Source: an uncultured archaeon
Lineage (GTDB): Archaea; Thermoproteota; Bathyarchaeia; 40CM-2-53-6; CALIRQ01
DNA length: 64,000 bases
Reading direction: 5' to 3'
NCBI GenBank assembly: GCA_938042195.1
Contig: CALIRQ010000009.1
Location: 1,443 to 65,442 of the forward strand
The notes below the pieces were generated by a model. That model searched no databases. It saw only the letters and a program-made list of their open reading frames with translations, and was not told the DNA's origin. The position numbers were made by a program, and so were the translations under genes. This document shows, in pieces, positions 35,776 through 44,783 of the stretch (positions are counted from its first letter, which is position 1; each line of letters starts with the position of its first letter).

Positions 35776-36404
35776 TGTTCAAGGCCCTCCTTGGCGCATT
35801 TCGCAACCAAGCTCATCCAGGTGGGCTCCTCTACCGCTACCATCCTCAAATCCGCGTACTTCAAAAGAAGCTCGAACTCATTCAGGGAGAAAAGTCGCAC
35901 ATTCACTCCATGCGATAAATGGTAGAGCTTGTATAGAATGCCAATCGGGGAGAGCTTGGGTATAAGAAAGACCATGTAGCCATTATCCTTCAGATGGAGG
36001 CGCAAATTCTCAATTATGGCCAAAGGATCCTCGGAGAACTCCAAAACCCCAGCGCATAGGATCTTATCGAACCTCGCCTTGAGGCTGAAGGAGCTGAGGT
36101 CCGCAACTATTATATCCGCTCCGCTAGCGCTCGCCACCGCTGCCATCCCCCTCGAAAGATCCACCCCTAGGGCATTCGCGCCGAGGGCCTTGAGGGGGAT
36201 TAAATAATAGCCGGCACCGCAACCCGCATCCAATATCAAATCTCCATGCGTTGGCGAGAGCATTTTGAATATGCTCTCCATCTCCCTTCTCCTTATTTGG
36301 TTCAGGATGGGAGATGAGGTCATCTTGGAATATCTCTCAGCGATCCTATCGAAATGTTTTCTGACCTTAAGCTTTTTCCCGAGCCCTTTATCGCGCCTAG
36401 ACAT
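35772..36404 (-). CDS. class I SAM-dependent methyltransferase
   Basis: Motif I LILDAGCGAGYY. Confidence 0.7.
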   Translation of the reverse strand: MSRRDKGLGKKLKVRKHFDRIAERYSKMTSSPILNQIRRREMESIFKMLSPTHGDLILDAGCGAGYYLIPLKALGANALGVDLSRGMAAVASASGADIIVADLSSFSLKARFDKILCAGVLEFSEDPLAIIENLRLHLKDNGYMVFLIPKLSPIGILYKLYHLSHGVNVRLFSLNEFELLLKYADLRMVAVEEPTWMSLVAKCAKEGLEH

Positions 36405-36463
36405 CGGAATGCTTTCTAAGCCTAACGCTTTTAAGCAATTCGGTCAATCTAAGATGCAGCGCC

Positions 36464-37177
36464 TTGAGCATATCAGTAGTAGTTCCTATGAGGAACGAGG
36501 GCGAGAATGTCCGCCCCCTAGCGGACGAGATCCACGAGTTCATTCGAAGCAATTATTGGATGAACCTCATTGAGGTGATATTTGTAGGCGATAATAGCGA
36601 GGACTGTACTTATGAGGAGATCAAGCCTTCCTCGACCAAATTCCCCCTCATCAGGGCTATTCGCCTAAATGGGGAGGGGGGAAAGGGCGCGGCCATAAAG
36701 GCGGGGATCAGGGCGGCAAAGGGCGACATAGTGGTCATGATGGATGGGGATCTGCAACATTCCCCGCGATGGATTCCGAACATTGTGAGGGGGATTACGG
36801 ATGACGGGTTGGATCTGGTCGTTGCCGCTAGAGTGGATGGGAATTACTCCCCCTATAGGAGGACGCTTTCGAGGGCGTTCAGCGGGATCTTCAATGCCCT
36901 CTTTGGGCTACGCCTAACCACACCCAATGAAGGATTTAAGGCTTTCAGGAAGGACGCCATTTCCAACTTGAACGTAAGCGCGAATGATTTTGATTTCGAT
37001 ATAGAGCTGTTGGTTAAGGCCAAGAGGGCCGATCTGAGGATCGGCGAGGTACCTATCCCCTTAAGGAGCAGGCTTCATGGATCCTCGAAGGTCCGCATGC
37101 TTAAGGTCATCCCCCTATTCATATATAGGATGGTCAGGCTATGGCTGGATCGAGGAGGGTGTTCTGCCTCACGATAG
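36464..37177 (+). CDS. family 2 glycosyltransferase (dolichyl-phosphate sugar synthase-like)
   Basis: ISVVVPMRNE...VIFVGDNSEDCT...GKGAAIKAG...VVMMDGDLQH (DxD). Confidence 0.8.
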   Translation: MSISVVVPMRNEGENVRPLADEIHEFIRSNYWMNLIEVIFVGDNSEDCTYEEIKPSSTKFPLIRAIRLNGEGGKGAAIKAGIRAAKGDIVVMMDGDLQHSPRWIPNIVRGITDDGLDLVVAARVDGNYSPYRRTLSRAFSGIFNALFGLRLTTPNEGFKAFRKDAISNLNVSANDFDFDIELLVKAKRADLRIGEVPIPLRSRLHGSSKVRMLKVIPLFIYRMVRLWLDRGGCSASR

Positions 37178-38037
37178 ATCTTGAGGAATGTACCCTACCC
37201 CAAGAGTTTGGAGGGCGACCGCTCGGCGAGGAGGAGTCCTTGGGGCTATCCGAAGCTGGCGCCCATCGATTATTGAAGATCATCGAGTCCGAGGGCATAA
37301 GGGCCACCTTTTTCGTTACCGGCTTCTTCACATCCAAACGGCCAAGGCTTGTGAAGGAGATAGCGGATATGGGGAACGAGGTTGCGAACCATGGGCTTAG
37401 GCATTATGGCCCCGTATTAGGACCCAGCGAGCCGAATGGCCTCTTGAAAAGCGGGGAGATCTTGGAGCGGGTCACGGGGGGGAGGCCGCTTGGATACAGG
37501 GAGCCGCGCTTGAGGATCGGGCCGGGCATGATAGGAGCCTTGAAACGACTTGGCTACGCCTATGATAGCTCGATCCTCCCGGCCTGCGTCCCAGGGAGGT
37601 ATAGTAGGCTGAGGATGAGGCCAGCACCGTTCGCCTGGGATTGCGGGAAAGCTGGGCGGTTGATCGAGATCCCCATCTCCGCGACGCCGATCCTAAGGAT
37701 CCCAGCCGGTTGGTGGTGGTTCCGAAAGAACTTCGGGGATCGCATCTGCAGGATCTGCTTCGACGCCATATGGAGGCTGGGCCTGCCAGTCATTTGCAAC
37801 ATCCATGCTTGGGAGCTCTCCGAATTACCAAGGATGGAACGCGTCCCGGCCCATGTGAGGTTCAACTGCGGGCCTCCATCGGAGGCCCAAGTGAAGGGGA
37901 TTATCGCCCATGGGAAGAGCGCCGGAGTTCCTTACGATGCTCGATCTGGCCGAGAGAATTTCAAGGAATATCGAGAGATTGAATTTGATCGAGCCCATTT
38001 AGGGAGTTGGACCGGGGCCGCTTTACTGGATAGTTAG
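37141..38037 (+). CDS. polysaccharide deacetylase (NodB/CE4 family)
   Basis: VFCLTIDLEE...ATFFVTG...NHGLRH pattern. Confidence 0.7.
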   Translation: MAGSRRVFCLTIDLEECTLPQEFGGRPLGEEESLGLSEAGAHRLLKIIESEGIRATFFVTGFFTSKRPRLVKEIADMGNEVANHGLRHYGPVLGPSEPNGLLKSGEILERVTGGRPLGYREPRLRIGPGMIGALKRLGYAYDSSILPACVPGRYSRLRMRPAPFAWDCGKAGRLIEIPISATPILRIPAGWWWFRKNFGDRICRICFDAIWRLGLPVICNIHAWELSELPRMERVPAHVRFNCGPPSEAQVKGIIAHGKSAGVPYDARSGRENFKEYREIEFDRAHLGSWTGAALLDS

Positions 38038-38154
38038 TTCAGTGGAGGTTGCATCTCGACATCCGGGCCGAGGCCCTTCCGCGCAGGTCAGTCCACATCA
38101 TCTGCCTAACGTTATCGCGTGGGCCCTTATAGCCTTTTGGCCCCCCTTAAACCA

Positions 38155-38742
38155 TCACCGCCAAAAATCCTTGAGAAGGGCCCTCGCGAGCTCCCTTGGG
38201 AAGCCTATCCTCGCCATCTCATCTATGACCTCTTCAAAACCCTTCCCCTCCCCCTTCAACCTCGAGGCCATCTTGGCGATGAACTCCCGCCTCTCATGGG
38301 GATAGACTATCCAATCGCTCGTCTCCTCAACGTAATAATCCGGCACGATCGAGCTCGTCGGCTTATAGTGCAACGTCGCCAACCTCACCTCCCTAGCCCC
38401 CAACCCCTTGGCATGCTCCATCGCCAGCCTCAGGCTGCTACCGGTATCAGCCACATCGTCAACTATCAGAATCGCCTTGCCCTTTATTGAGTCATCCAAG
38501 GGTTGGACTATAGTCGGCTTCTTTTCCGTTCTTCCTATGTCGACGTAGAACTGGATGCGCATGTTCATCACGTTTGGATTGTCCAGTAGGTCGGAGAGAA
38601 CCCTGGCCGGGATCCATCCGCCCCGCGCGATCCCAACGATCACATCCGGGAAGAACCCGCTCCCCCTTATCTTGCTCGCCAAGCGAATGCATAGATCGTA
38701 AACCTCGTCCCAGCTCAATACGAGGAAGCCCATCCGGATCAC
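38155..38742 (-). CDS. purine phosphoribosyltransferase (Gpt/xanthine-guanine PRTase-like)
   Basis: VLSWDEVYDLCIRLASKI...VIVGIARGGWIPARVLSDLL...ILIVDDVADTGSSL parallels E. coli Gpt. Confidence 0.75.
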   Translation of the reverse strand: MIRMGFLVLSWDEVYDLCIRLASKIRGSGFFPDVIVGIARGGWIPARVLSDLLDNPNVMNMRIQFYVDIGRTEKKPTIVQPLDDSIKGKAILIVDDVADTGSSLRLAMEHAKGLGAREVRLATLHYKPTSSIVPDYYVEETSDWIVYPHERREFIAKMASRLKGEGKGFEEVIDEMARIGFPRELARALLKDFWR

Positions 38743-38854
38743 GCTCCTTATTTAAGGCGAGGGGCGACTTATAGCTTATTTTTCCTCCCGGGCGGCTCGG
38801 TGGACCCTTCAGCTCCTCCAAGGCTTAAATAGCTCTTGCTCGTGGGTTCGGCCG

Positions 38855-39421
38855 ATGGCCATAATCGCCAAGCTCAAGGGGCTTGGGCTTTACGCCGCGA
38901 TCATGGGCTTGAAGGGCTTCAGCAACAGGGGCGTCGATGAGACCCTAGCCGCCATAAGGTCCGCGTCGCATTCCAAGTGTGTCCAGGCGTTTGATGCCGA
39001 TTTGATAGCCGGCCCCGAGCATTTGATTTGCGCCGCCACAAATGCCGCGAAGGGCTTTAGGGAGAAGCCCATATCCAAGGCCCTTGAAACGGAGTTATTG
39101 CTTTACGCATCGGGGCAAAGGCAGATCGATGTCGCCATAGAGATGGTTGGCTTGAGCCCCGGAACAAAAAATTTGGCCATTGTTGTCATAGACGGGGAGA
39201 AGGGGCGCCTATTGGAGTCGCTAAAGACCATAGCGGAGGCCGTTGGGGGCCAGGAGAGCGATTCCATCCTATCGATATCCAGCCAGGGGAAATTGGAGCG
39301 AATCGTAAAGGCCTTTGGGATATCGGATGAGGAGATGAGGGGATTCGTCGGAAAGGATCCATCCGAGGCCGTGAAGAAGGCGATCATCGAGAGGTCGGCC
39401 ATATTAACGATTCGATCCTAG
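38855..39421 (+). CDS. cgi121: KEOPS complex subunit Cgi121
   Basis: ELLLYASGQRQIDVAIEMVGLSPGTKNLAIVV matches the Cgi121 ASGQRQI motif. Confidence 0.6.
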   Translation: MAIIAKLKGLGLYAAIMGLKGFSNRGVDETLAAIRSASHSKCVQAFDADLIAGPEHLICAATNAAKGFREKPISKALETELLLYASGQRQIDVAIEMVGLSPGTKNLAIVVIDGEKGRLLESLKTIAEAVGGQESDSILSISSQGKLERIVKAFGISDEEMRGFVGKDPSEAVKKAIIERSAILTIRS

Positions 39422-39954
39422 CGCTTATACATCTCCCTCTTTTCCCTCTCCACGGAGAGGATCTCGTCCGGCCTCAAGATGGACAGGCCAGTAATGTCGC
39501 CTATCACCTCCACCAGCACGATCCAATCGGGATTCTCGAGATCAACCTTCCTATCTATCCTAGACGCCAATGCATCTATTATCTTGCGGGATTCCAAGGG
39601 CGATCGCCTCTTTTCAATGACTATCTTAAACTTCTCGCCATTCCCTATCGTTCCCTTTAGCAAATCTATGGCCTTGATCATCTCATCCAGATCCGTCCTA
39701 ACGACGAGCTCTATCGGCTTTATCTTCAGGATGTATCTGAACTCCCAGGGCCTATTCAAAAGGATCTCCCTGAGCCTCCTTACGGCCTCCTTCGGCTCCA
39801 AACCCGTCTCGGCGGTCAAGAGGCCGGAGATCCCGGTGAAGTCCGCTCGGGGGTCCCCATCGCCGACCTCCTTGAGCAGGTACCAGATTTCGCTTCGGGC
39901 GTTCCCCTCGTTCCCCCTAGAGGTTGAAAGCAATAGGTTAAAATCTTGGCGCAT
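39418..39954 (-). CDS. THUMP domain-containing protein (RNA-modification associated)
   Basis: N-terminal ferredoxin-like plus THUMP pattern PWEFRYILKIKPIELVVRT...FKIVIEKR. Confidence 0.5.
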   Translation of the reverse strand: MRQDFNLLLSTSRGNEGNARSEIWYLLKEVGDGDPRADFTGISGLLTAETGLEPKEAVRRLREILLNRPWEFRYILKIKPIELVVRTDLDEMIKAIDLLKGTIGNGEKFKIVIEKRRSPLESRKIIDALASRIDRKVDLENPDWIVLVEVIGDITGLSILRPDEILSVEREKREMYKR

Positions 39955-40027
39955 GGATCCTTACACCCGAGCCGCATCTTTGAAAAGGTAGCCATTTGGG
40001 ATTTAAAAGATCGACGGAGGGGAGCGA

Positions 40028-40972
40028 TTGAACGCTCCTAAGATCTCGGTGATCGTGACCTGCTTCAATAAAGCCCGAACTTTAGAAGCCTGCATATCTT
40101 CAATTTACGACCAAGCGGTGGATGGCCTCGAGGTCGTGCTCGTTGATGACGGCTCCACCGATGACTCCTTGGAGAGGGTATCGAAGTTCTCCGGCTTGGG
40201 GGGTTTCCGGCTCATCAAGATGCCCCATAATGGCATATCGGCGGCCAAGAATGAGGGCCTCAGGGCCTCGCATGGGGACATAATACTGTTCCTAGATGGG
40301 GATTGCGTCCTCGAGAAGGGAGCCCTCGCGAAGGTCGTGGAGATCTTCGAAGCGGGGGATGGGAGGCTCGGTTGCGTGGGCGGGGAGGTGAGGGCCCTGA
40401 ACGGCTCAAGCGCGATAGCCAAGACCATAGAGCTATTGCAGAACGAATTTGTGAGGAGGTGGCCCTTCGGCGCGAACGTGGCCTTCAGGAGGAGCGTATT
40501 GGAGGAGCTCGGGGGCTTTGATCCCGACATGGAATGGGGGGAGGACGCGGACTTATTCATCAGGATGAGGAAGGCCGGCTATGCCCACATCATGGTGAAG
40601 TCCGTTTCGGCGAGGACCGAGAACCCAGAAAACTTCCTCGATTTGTTCAGGCAACGATATAAATGGGGGAGAGGATTTGGGCAATTGATCGATCGCCATC
40701 CCGAACTCTTCGATCATAGGATCAAGTTCTGCTTCGCCCTGAATTACGCCATGCTGGCATCCCTGATCTCCTCCGCGGTCCACCCGATCTCCCTGCTAGT
40801 CTTCCTCTCCCTAGCGGCCATAAACCTTCTCCGATTCCTGCCCTTGGCCCTTCGGGCCTATCGGATCTCCGGCGAGCGCTCGCATTTGGTGCTTGTCCCC
40901 CTCGTGAAGGCGACGAATGCGCTCGCATATTCCTTAGGCTGGCTTATCCATCTTATCGGTCGATCCCCTTGA
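40028..40972 (+). CDS. family 2 glycosyltransferase with C-terminal TM segments
   Basis: ISVIVTCFNKARTLEACISSIYDQ...VVLVDDGSTDDS...ILFLDGDC. Confidence 0.75.
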   Translation: MNAPKISVIVTCFNKARTLEACISSIYDQAVDGLEVVLVDDGSTDDSLERVSKFSGLGGFRLIKMPHNGISAAKNEGLRASHGDIILFLDGDCVLEKGALAKVVEIFEAGDGRLGCVGGEVRALNGSSAIAKTIELLQNEFVRRWPFGANVAFRRSVLEELGGFDPDMEWGEDADLFIRMRKAGYAHIMVKSVSARTENPENFLDLFRQRYKWGRGFGQLIDRHPELFDHRIKFCFALNYAMLASLISSAVHPISLLVFLSLAAINLLRFLPLALRAYRISGERSHLVLVPLVKATNALAYSLGWLIHLIGRSP

Positions 40973-41623
40973 CCTTATCGCCGCCCTTATGGCCTCCCAA
41001 TCCACGGGGCCGGGCCTCAAGAGCCTTGGCTCTCCCGAGGATAGGTCCACAACGGTCGATCCGACGGCTAGCGCCGCCCTTCCGCCATCTATTATCAGAT
41101 CGACCTCATCCCCCAGCCTTTCAAGGGCCTCCTCCGCCGTGAGGCAAGGGGGACGGCCGCTCCTGTTCGCGCTTGTGCCCACTAAGAACCCCCCGCACTT
41201 GGAGATGAGGGATAAGGCTATCGGATTTTTCGGGATCCTTACTCCCACCGTAGGCCCTCCACAGGTCACCCGGGGCGGAAATCCGATGTTGCGGAGCACA
41301 AGGGTCAACGGGCCGGGCCAGAACCTCTTCATCAATTCCTCGGCCGCTTCATTCACTTCGGCCAAACCGCGAAGCCTTTCGGGACCGTCAACAAGTATCG
41401 GAACCGGTTTGGCCCTCTCCCCCTTGATCCTGAAGACTCTCTCAACGGCCTCTCGCCTGAAGGGATCGCAACCCAGGCCGTAAACCGTATCCGTGGGATA
41501 TATGAGGACTCCACCTTCCCTCAGTATTCGAGCGCCCTCCTCAACAGCCCTTTGTCCCGATAGAATCCTCGCCATGGCAAGGCGGAGGGCACCAAAAGAT
41601 TTAAAAAAAGATTTGGTTGGCAT
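40934..41623 (-). CDS. yrdC: L-threonylcarbamoyladenylate synthase (YrdC/Sua5 family, YrdC-domain only)
   Basis: GGVLIYPTDTVYGLGCDP...GPLTLVL...SANRSG motifs. Confidence 0.85.
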   Translation of the reverse strand: MPTKSFFKSFGALRLAMARILSGQRAVEEGARILREGGVLIYPTDTVYGLGCDPFRREAVERVFRIKGERAKPVPILVDGPERLRGLAEVNEAAEELMKRFWPGPLTLVLRNIGFPPRVTCGGPTVGVRIPKNPIALSLISKCGGFLVGTSANRSGRPPCLTAEEALERLGDEVDLIIDGGRAALAVGSTVVDLSSGEPRLLRPGPVDWEAIRAAIRSRGSTDKMDKPA

Positions 41624-41639
41624 CCAAAACGCTGGTGGA

Positions 41640-41790
41640 TTTCATGGAAGAGGAATGGTCCGAGGAGGATTTCGAAGAGGAAGAGGAGGACTGGGGTGCC
41701 GAGGAGGAAGAGTGGGAGGAAGAGGAAATAGAAGAGGAAGAGGAGTGGGATGAGGAGGGAGCGGAGGAAGAGGAATGAGGAGATAGGCCC
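41640..41790 (+). repeat. GA-rich polypurine low-complexity tract (contains 44-codon acidic ORF 41644..41778)
   Basis: (GAGGAA)n-like sequence. The + frame reads MEEEWSEEDFEEEEEDWGAEEEEWEEEEIEEEEEWDEEGAEEEE. The antisense gives the poly-Ser tail of ORF 41601..42101. Confidence 0.6.
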
Positions 41791-41855
41791 CCCAATCCCC
41801 AGATTTTTAGCTTCGCATCCTTATTTTTGATGAAAATTGGCTCGGATGAGCGGGC

Positions 41856-43640
41856 TTGCCAAGGATAGCGATTCTCGATAGGGAAAGGTGCAAGCCAGAG
41901 GACTGTGGACGCGAATGCATGCGCTTCTGCCCCGAGGTAAGGGGGGGCATCGAGGCCGTCAAGTTCCCTGAGGGTAAGGGATCCCAACCGCTCATAGCGG
42001 AGGCCCTCTGCTCGGGATGCGGGATATGCGTAAAGAAATGCCCGTTCAAGGCCATTTCGATAATCAACCTCCCCGAGAGGCTTGAGGGGGAATGCGTCCA
42101 TAGGTACGGCCCGAACTCATTCGAGCTCCTCCGCCTCCCAGAGCCGGGCGAGGGCGCCATCACGGGATTGATAGGCAGGAACGGGATGGGGAAGAGCACA
42201 GCTCTCAGGATTCTCTCGGGGGAGCTGAAGCCCAACCTTGGGGATTATGAATCCCCCCCAGATTGGGATCGAATAATCAAGAGGTTTAGGGGATCCGTCC
42301 TTCAGGAATACTTCAGGAAATTGAGCGGCGGGGAGTTGAAGGTCATCAGGAAGCCGCAATATGTCGACGGAATAAGGTCCGTTGTGAGGGGTCGCGTCCG
42401 AGAAGTGCTCGAGGGGCTTGATGAAGCGAACAGGTTATCGCGCATCAAGGATGAGTTCCACTTGGGGCCGATATATGAAAGGGAGGTCAAGGATCTAAGC
42501 GGGGGCGAGCTCCAAAGGCTTGCGATAGCGGCGGCTTTGCTCAGGGAGGCGGATGTATATATATTCGATGAGCCCTCGAGTCACCTCGATGTTTATCAAA
42601 GGCTTGAGGTCGCAAAGGGGATCAGGAGGTTGGCGGACGAAGGAAGGACCGTGTTTCTCGCCGAGCACGACCTCGCGATGCTGGATTACCTCTCCGACCA
42701 AGTTTGCATACTCTACGGCGAGCCGGGCGCCTACGGTATAGTATCGCATCCGAAGGGCGTCAGAAATGGCATCAATATTTACTTGGATGGTTACATGCCC
42801 GACGAGAACATGCGCTTCAGGGATGAGCCAATAAAGTTCAGCCCGAAGCCCCCCAGGAGGGCCGAGGATTTAGGCATACCATACCTTCGATGGCCAAGGC
42901 TTGTGAAGGATTACGGCCAATTCCGCCTCGAGGTCAGTCCCGGGCGCATATTCCAAGGGGAGGTGCTTGGGCTGATGGGCCCGAACGGTATAGGGAAGAC
43001 CACCTTCATAGAGCTATTGGCGGGCCTCGAGCGGGCCGATGTCGGCGGAGCCCCTTTGGAGGGATATGAGCTCAGCCTGAAGCCGCAATATATCTCTGGG
43101 CTCTACAGGGGGGTCGTGGGGGAACTCATTAAGGAAGCTTTGGGCGCGGATCCCCTTGAGCTCCCGGAGGCGGTGGAGCTGGTGAAGTCATTGGGCTTGG
43201 ATGGGCTTATGGAGAGGAGGGCTGAGAACCTGAGCGGGGGGGAGCTCCAAAGGCTTGCGATAGCGATTTGCTTGCTCAAGGATGCGCAGATCTACCTCTT
43301 GGATGAGCCGTGCGCCTACTTGGATATTGAGGAAAGGTTCTCCGTAGCGAAGGTCATAAAGAGGAGGGTTATGGAGGCGAGGGCTTTCGGGTTCGTTGTG
43401 GAGCACGACATAATCCTCCAAGACCTCTTGGCGGATCGGCTCATGGTATTCCTAGGGAGGCCCGGGGAGGAGGGCTTTGCCGGAGAGCCCCAAGCGCTCA
43501 AGGATGGTATGAACTCCTTCCTGAAGGATCTGGGCGTGACCTTTCGCAGGGATGCGGATACGGGGAGGCCCAGGGTTAATAAACCCGGCAGCAGGCTCGA
43601 TAGGATCCAGAAGGGATCGGGAGAATACTACTACGCTTGA
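41856..43640 (+). CDS. abce1: ribosome recycling ATPase ABCE1 (RNase L inhibitor homolog)
   Basis: N-terminal FeS domain RIAILDRERCKPEDCGRECMRFCP...CSGCGICVKKCP plus two ABC cassettes (GRNGMGKST / GPNGIGKTT, LSGGELQRLAIA x2). TTG start. Confidence 0.9.
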   Translation: MPRIAILDRERCKPEDCGRECMRFCPEVRGGIEAVKFPEGKGSQPLIAEALCSGCGICVKKCPFKAISIINLPERLEGECVHRYGPNSFELLRLPEPGEGAITGLIGRNGMGKSTALRILSGELKPNLGDYESPPDWDRIIKRFRGSVLQEYFRKLSGGELKVIRKPQYVDGIRSVVRGRVREVLEGLDEANRLSRIKDEFHLGPIYEREVKDLSGGELQRLAIAAALLREADVYIFDEPSSHLDVYQRLEVAKGIRRLADEGRTVFLAEHDLAMLDYLSDQVCILYGEPGAYGIVSHPKGVRNGINIYLDGYMPDENMRFRDEPIKFSPKPPRRAEDLGIPYLRWPRLVKDYGQFRLEVSPGRIFQGEVLGLMGPNGIGKTTFIELLAGLERADVGGAPLEGYELSLKPQYISGLYRGVVGELIKEALGADPLELPEAVELVKSLGLDGLMERRAENLSGGELQRLAIAICLLKDAQIYLLDEPCAYLDIEERFSVAKVIKRRVMEARAFGFVVEHDIILQDLLADRLMVFLGRPGEEGFAGEPQALKDGMNSFLKDLGVTFRRDADTGRPRVNKPGSRLDRIQKGSGEYYYA

Positions 43641-43695
43641 GGCCCATGGGGAAGGTTTACTAATAGCCGGGGACCAAATATACCCGGGTAATGGG

Positions 43696-43890
43696 ATGGC
43701 CAATTATTGCCTCGAATGCGGGGGGATCCTGACTTACGATCCGCTCCTGAAGAACTTCTCATGTAAATCCTGTGGCGCCACGTACACCTACGAGGAGTTG
43801 CTTGAGCGCAAAGAAAGGCTGGATGGCAACGACGAGGATCGGAGGAGGAAACAAAAGGATTATCTCCAATGGTGGCTATCTAAGAAATAG
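43696..43890 (+). CDS. small zinc-ribbon protein (Auto_anti-p27/SSSCA1-like)
   Basis: Internal ATG of ORF 43552. MANYCLECGGILTYDPLLKNFSCKSCGATYTYEELLERKER. Starts 56 nt after the ABCE1 stop. Confidence 0.45.
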   Translation: MANYCLECGGILTYDPLLKNFSCKSCGATYTYEELLERKERLDGNDEDRRRKQKDYLQWWLSKK

Positions 43891-44029
43891 GTGCCAGCGC
43901 TTTAGAAGACGCCGTAAGCGGTTTCCCGTCCCGAATGGTTAATGTGATTGGAGATCGGGGGACGCCTCGCTTCAGGGCGATCCCGGCCAAAAGCGGACGC
44001 CCTTCGCTCGGCCCAATATGGCGCCCCGC

Positions 44030-44050
44030 GAGCAATAGATTTATATTTTA
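44030..44050 (+). promoter_or_regulatory. TATA-like element upstream of rpoK
   Basis: gatttatattttaac, followed by a purine-rich roughly 140-nt leader with duplicated GGGTGAA. Confidence 0.3.
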
Positions 44051-44209
44051 ACTCTTTTGCCCTTCCTTTAACAAAAATTGATTGGTGATGGCCCTATAAA
44101 GCCGGATTTGATGGGGAGATCGCGTTCAACCCGGAAAATCGGCGAGAAGAGAGATCGAAGGGGTGAAGGAGGGAGGGGGGGTGAATCGAGGGAGGGCATC
44201 GCCAGCGAA

Positions 44210-44461
44210 ATGAGCTTGCAAATAATCGGGCCTCCGAGATTGACCCGCTTCGAGAAGGCGAGGATCGTGGGCGCTAGGGCGCTTCAGCTGTCAATGGGAG
44301 CTCGGCCGTTGATAGATGTGCCATCGGAGTCAATGTCCCCAAGGGATATAGCCCTCCTAGAGCTCGAGGAAGGCGTGCTCCCGATCAGCATAAGGAGGAT
44401 GCTGCCCGACGGCACCAGTCAGAACATACCGCTTAAGTGGTTGCTGAAGGGAGGGGGGTGA
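44210..44461 (+). CDS. rpoK: DNA-directed RNA polymerase subunit K (Rpo6/Rpb6 homolog)
   Basis: [27 protein letters not shown]. Internal ATG of ORF 44078, preceded by GGAGG. Confidence 0.8.
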   Translation: MSLQIIGPPRLTRFEKARIVGARALQLSMGARPLIDVPSESMSPRDIALLELEEGVLPISIRRMLPDGTSQNIPLKWLLKGGG

Positions 44462-44467
44462 ATCGAG

Positions 44468-44776
44468 TCATGGGATCTCTATATCGATTAAGGGCGCATG
44501 TTGCTGGGCACCATATATGTCCGTATCCATCTCATCCCCGCACGGGTATCTCCTCGGTATCGTTATCTTTATCGCCATCGCGAAGTCGTAATTTATTATT
44601 CTTACATCCTCCTCCTTAACCTTGTAGAGCCTCGATATAAGCTTCTCCGTGAGCACTCCGGAGTTCTTGACCCTTTCGTAGTTCTCCTTTTTATCGAACA
44701 TTATGTCGAATGTAAGTTGGAGAACTTTGGCGTTCTTGCTCCTGAGCACGCGCGCAAGTTCTATCAATTTGGCCAA
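44468..44776 (-). CDS. DUF4387-like protein (AtuA C-terminal-module homolog)
   Basis: VLRSKNAKVLQLTFDIMFDKKENYERVKNSGVLT...YGAQQHAPLIDIEIP recalled as DUF4387 consensus. 8 nt downstream of the DUF1446-like gene. Confidence 0.5.
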   Translation of the reverse strand: MAKLIELARVLRSKNAKVLQLTFDIMFDKKENYERVKNSGVLTEKLISRLYKVKEEDVRIINYDFAMAIKITIPRRYPCGDEMDTDIYGAQQHAPLIDIEIP

Positions 44777-44783
44777 GATCCCA

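Noticed and set aside
41601-42101. 166-aa minus-strand ORF with a long poly-Ser/His C-terminus
   Set aside because: Its N-terminal half is antisense to the well-supported ABCE1 N-terminus, and the Ser run is simply the antisense of the GA-rich tract. It is most likely a compositional artefact.
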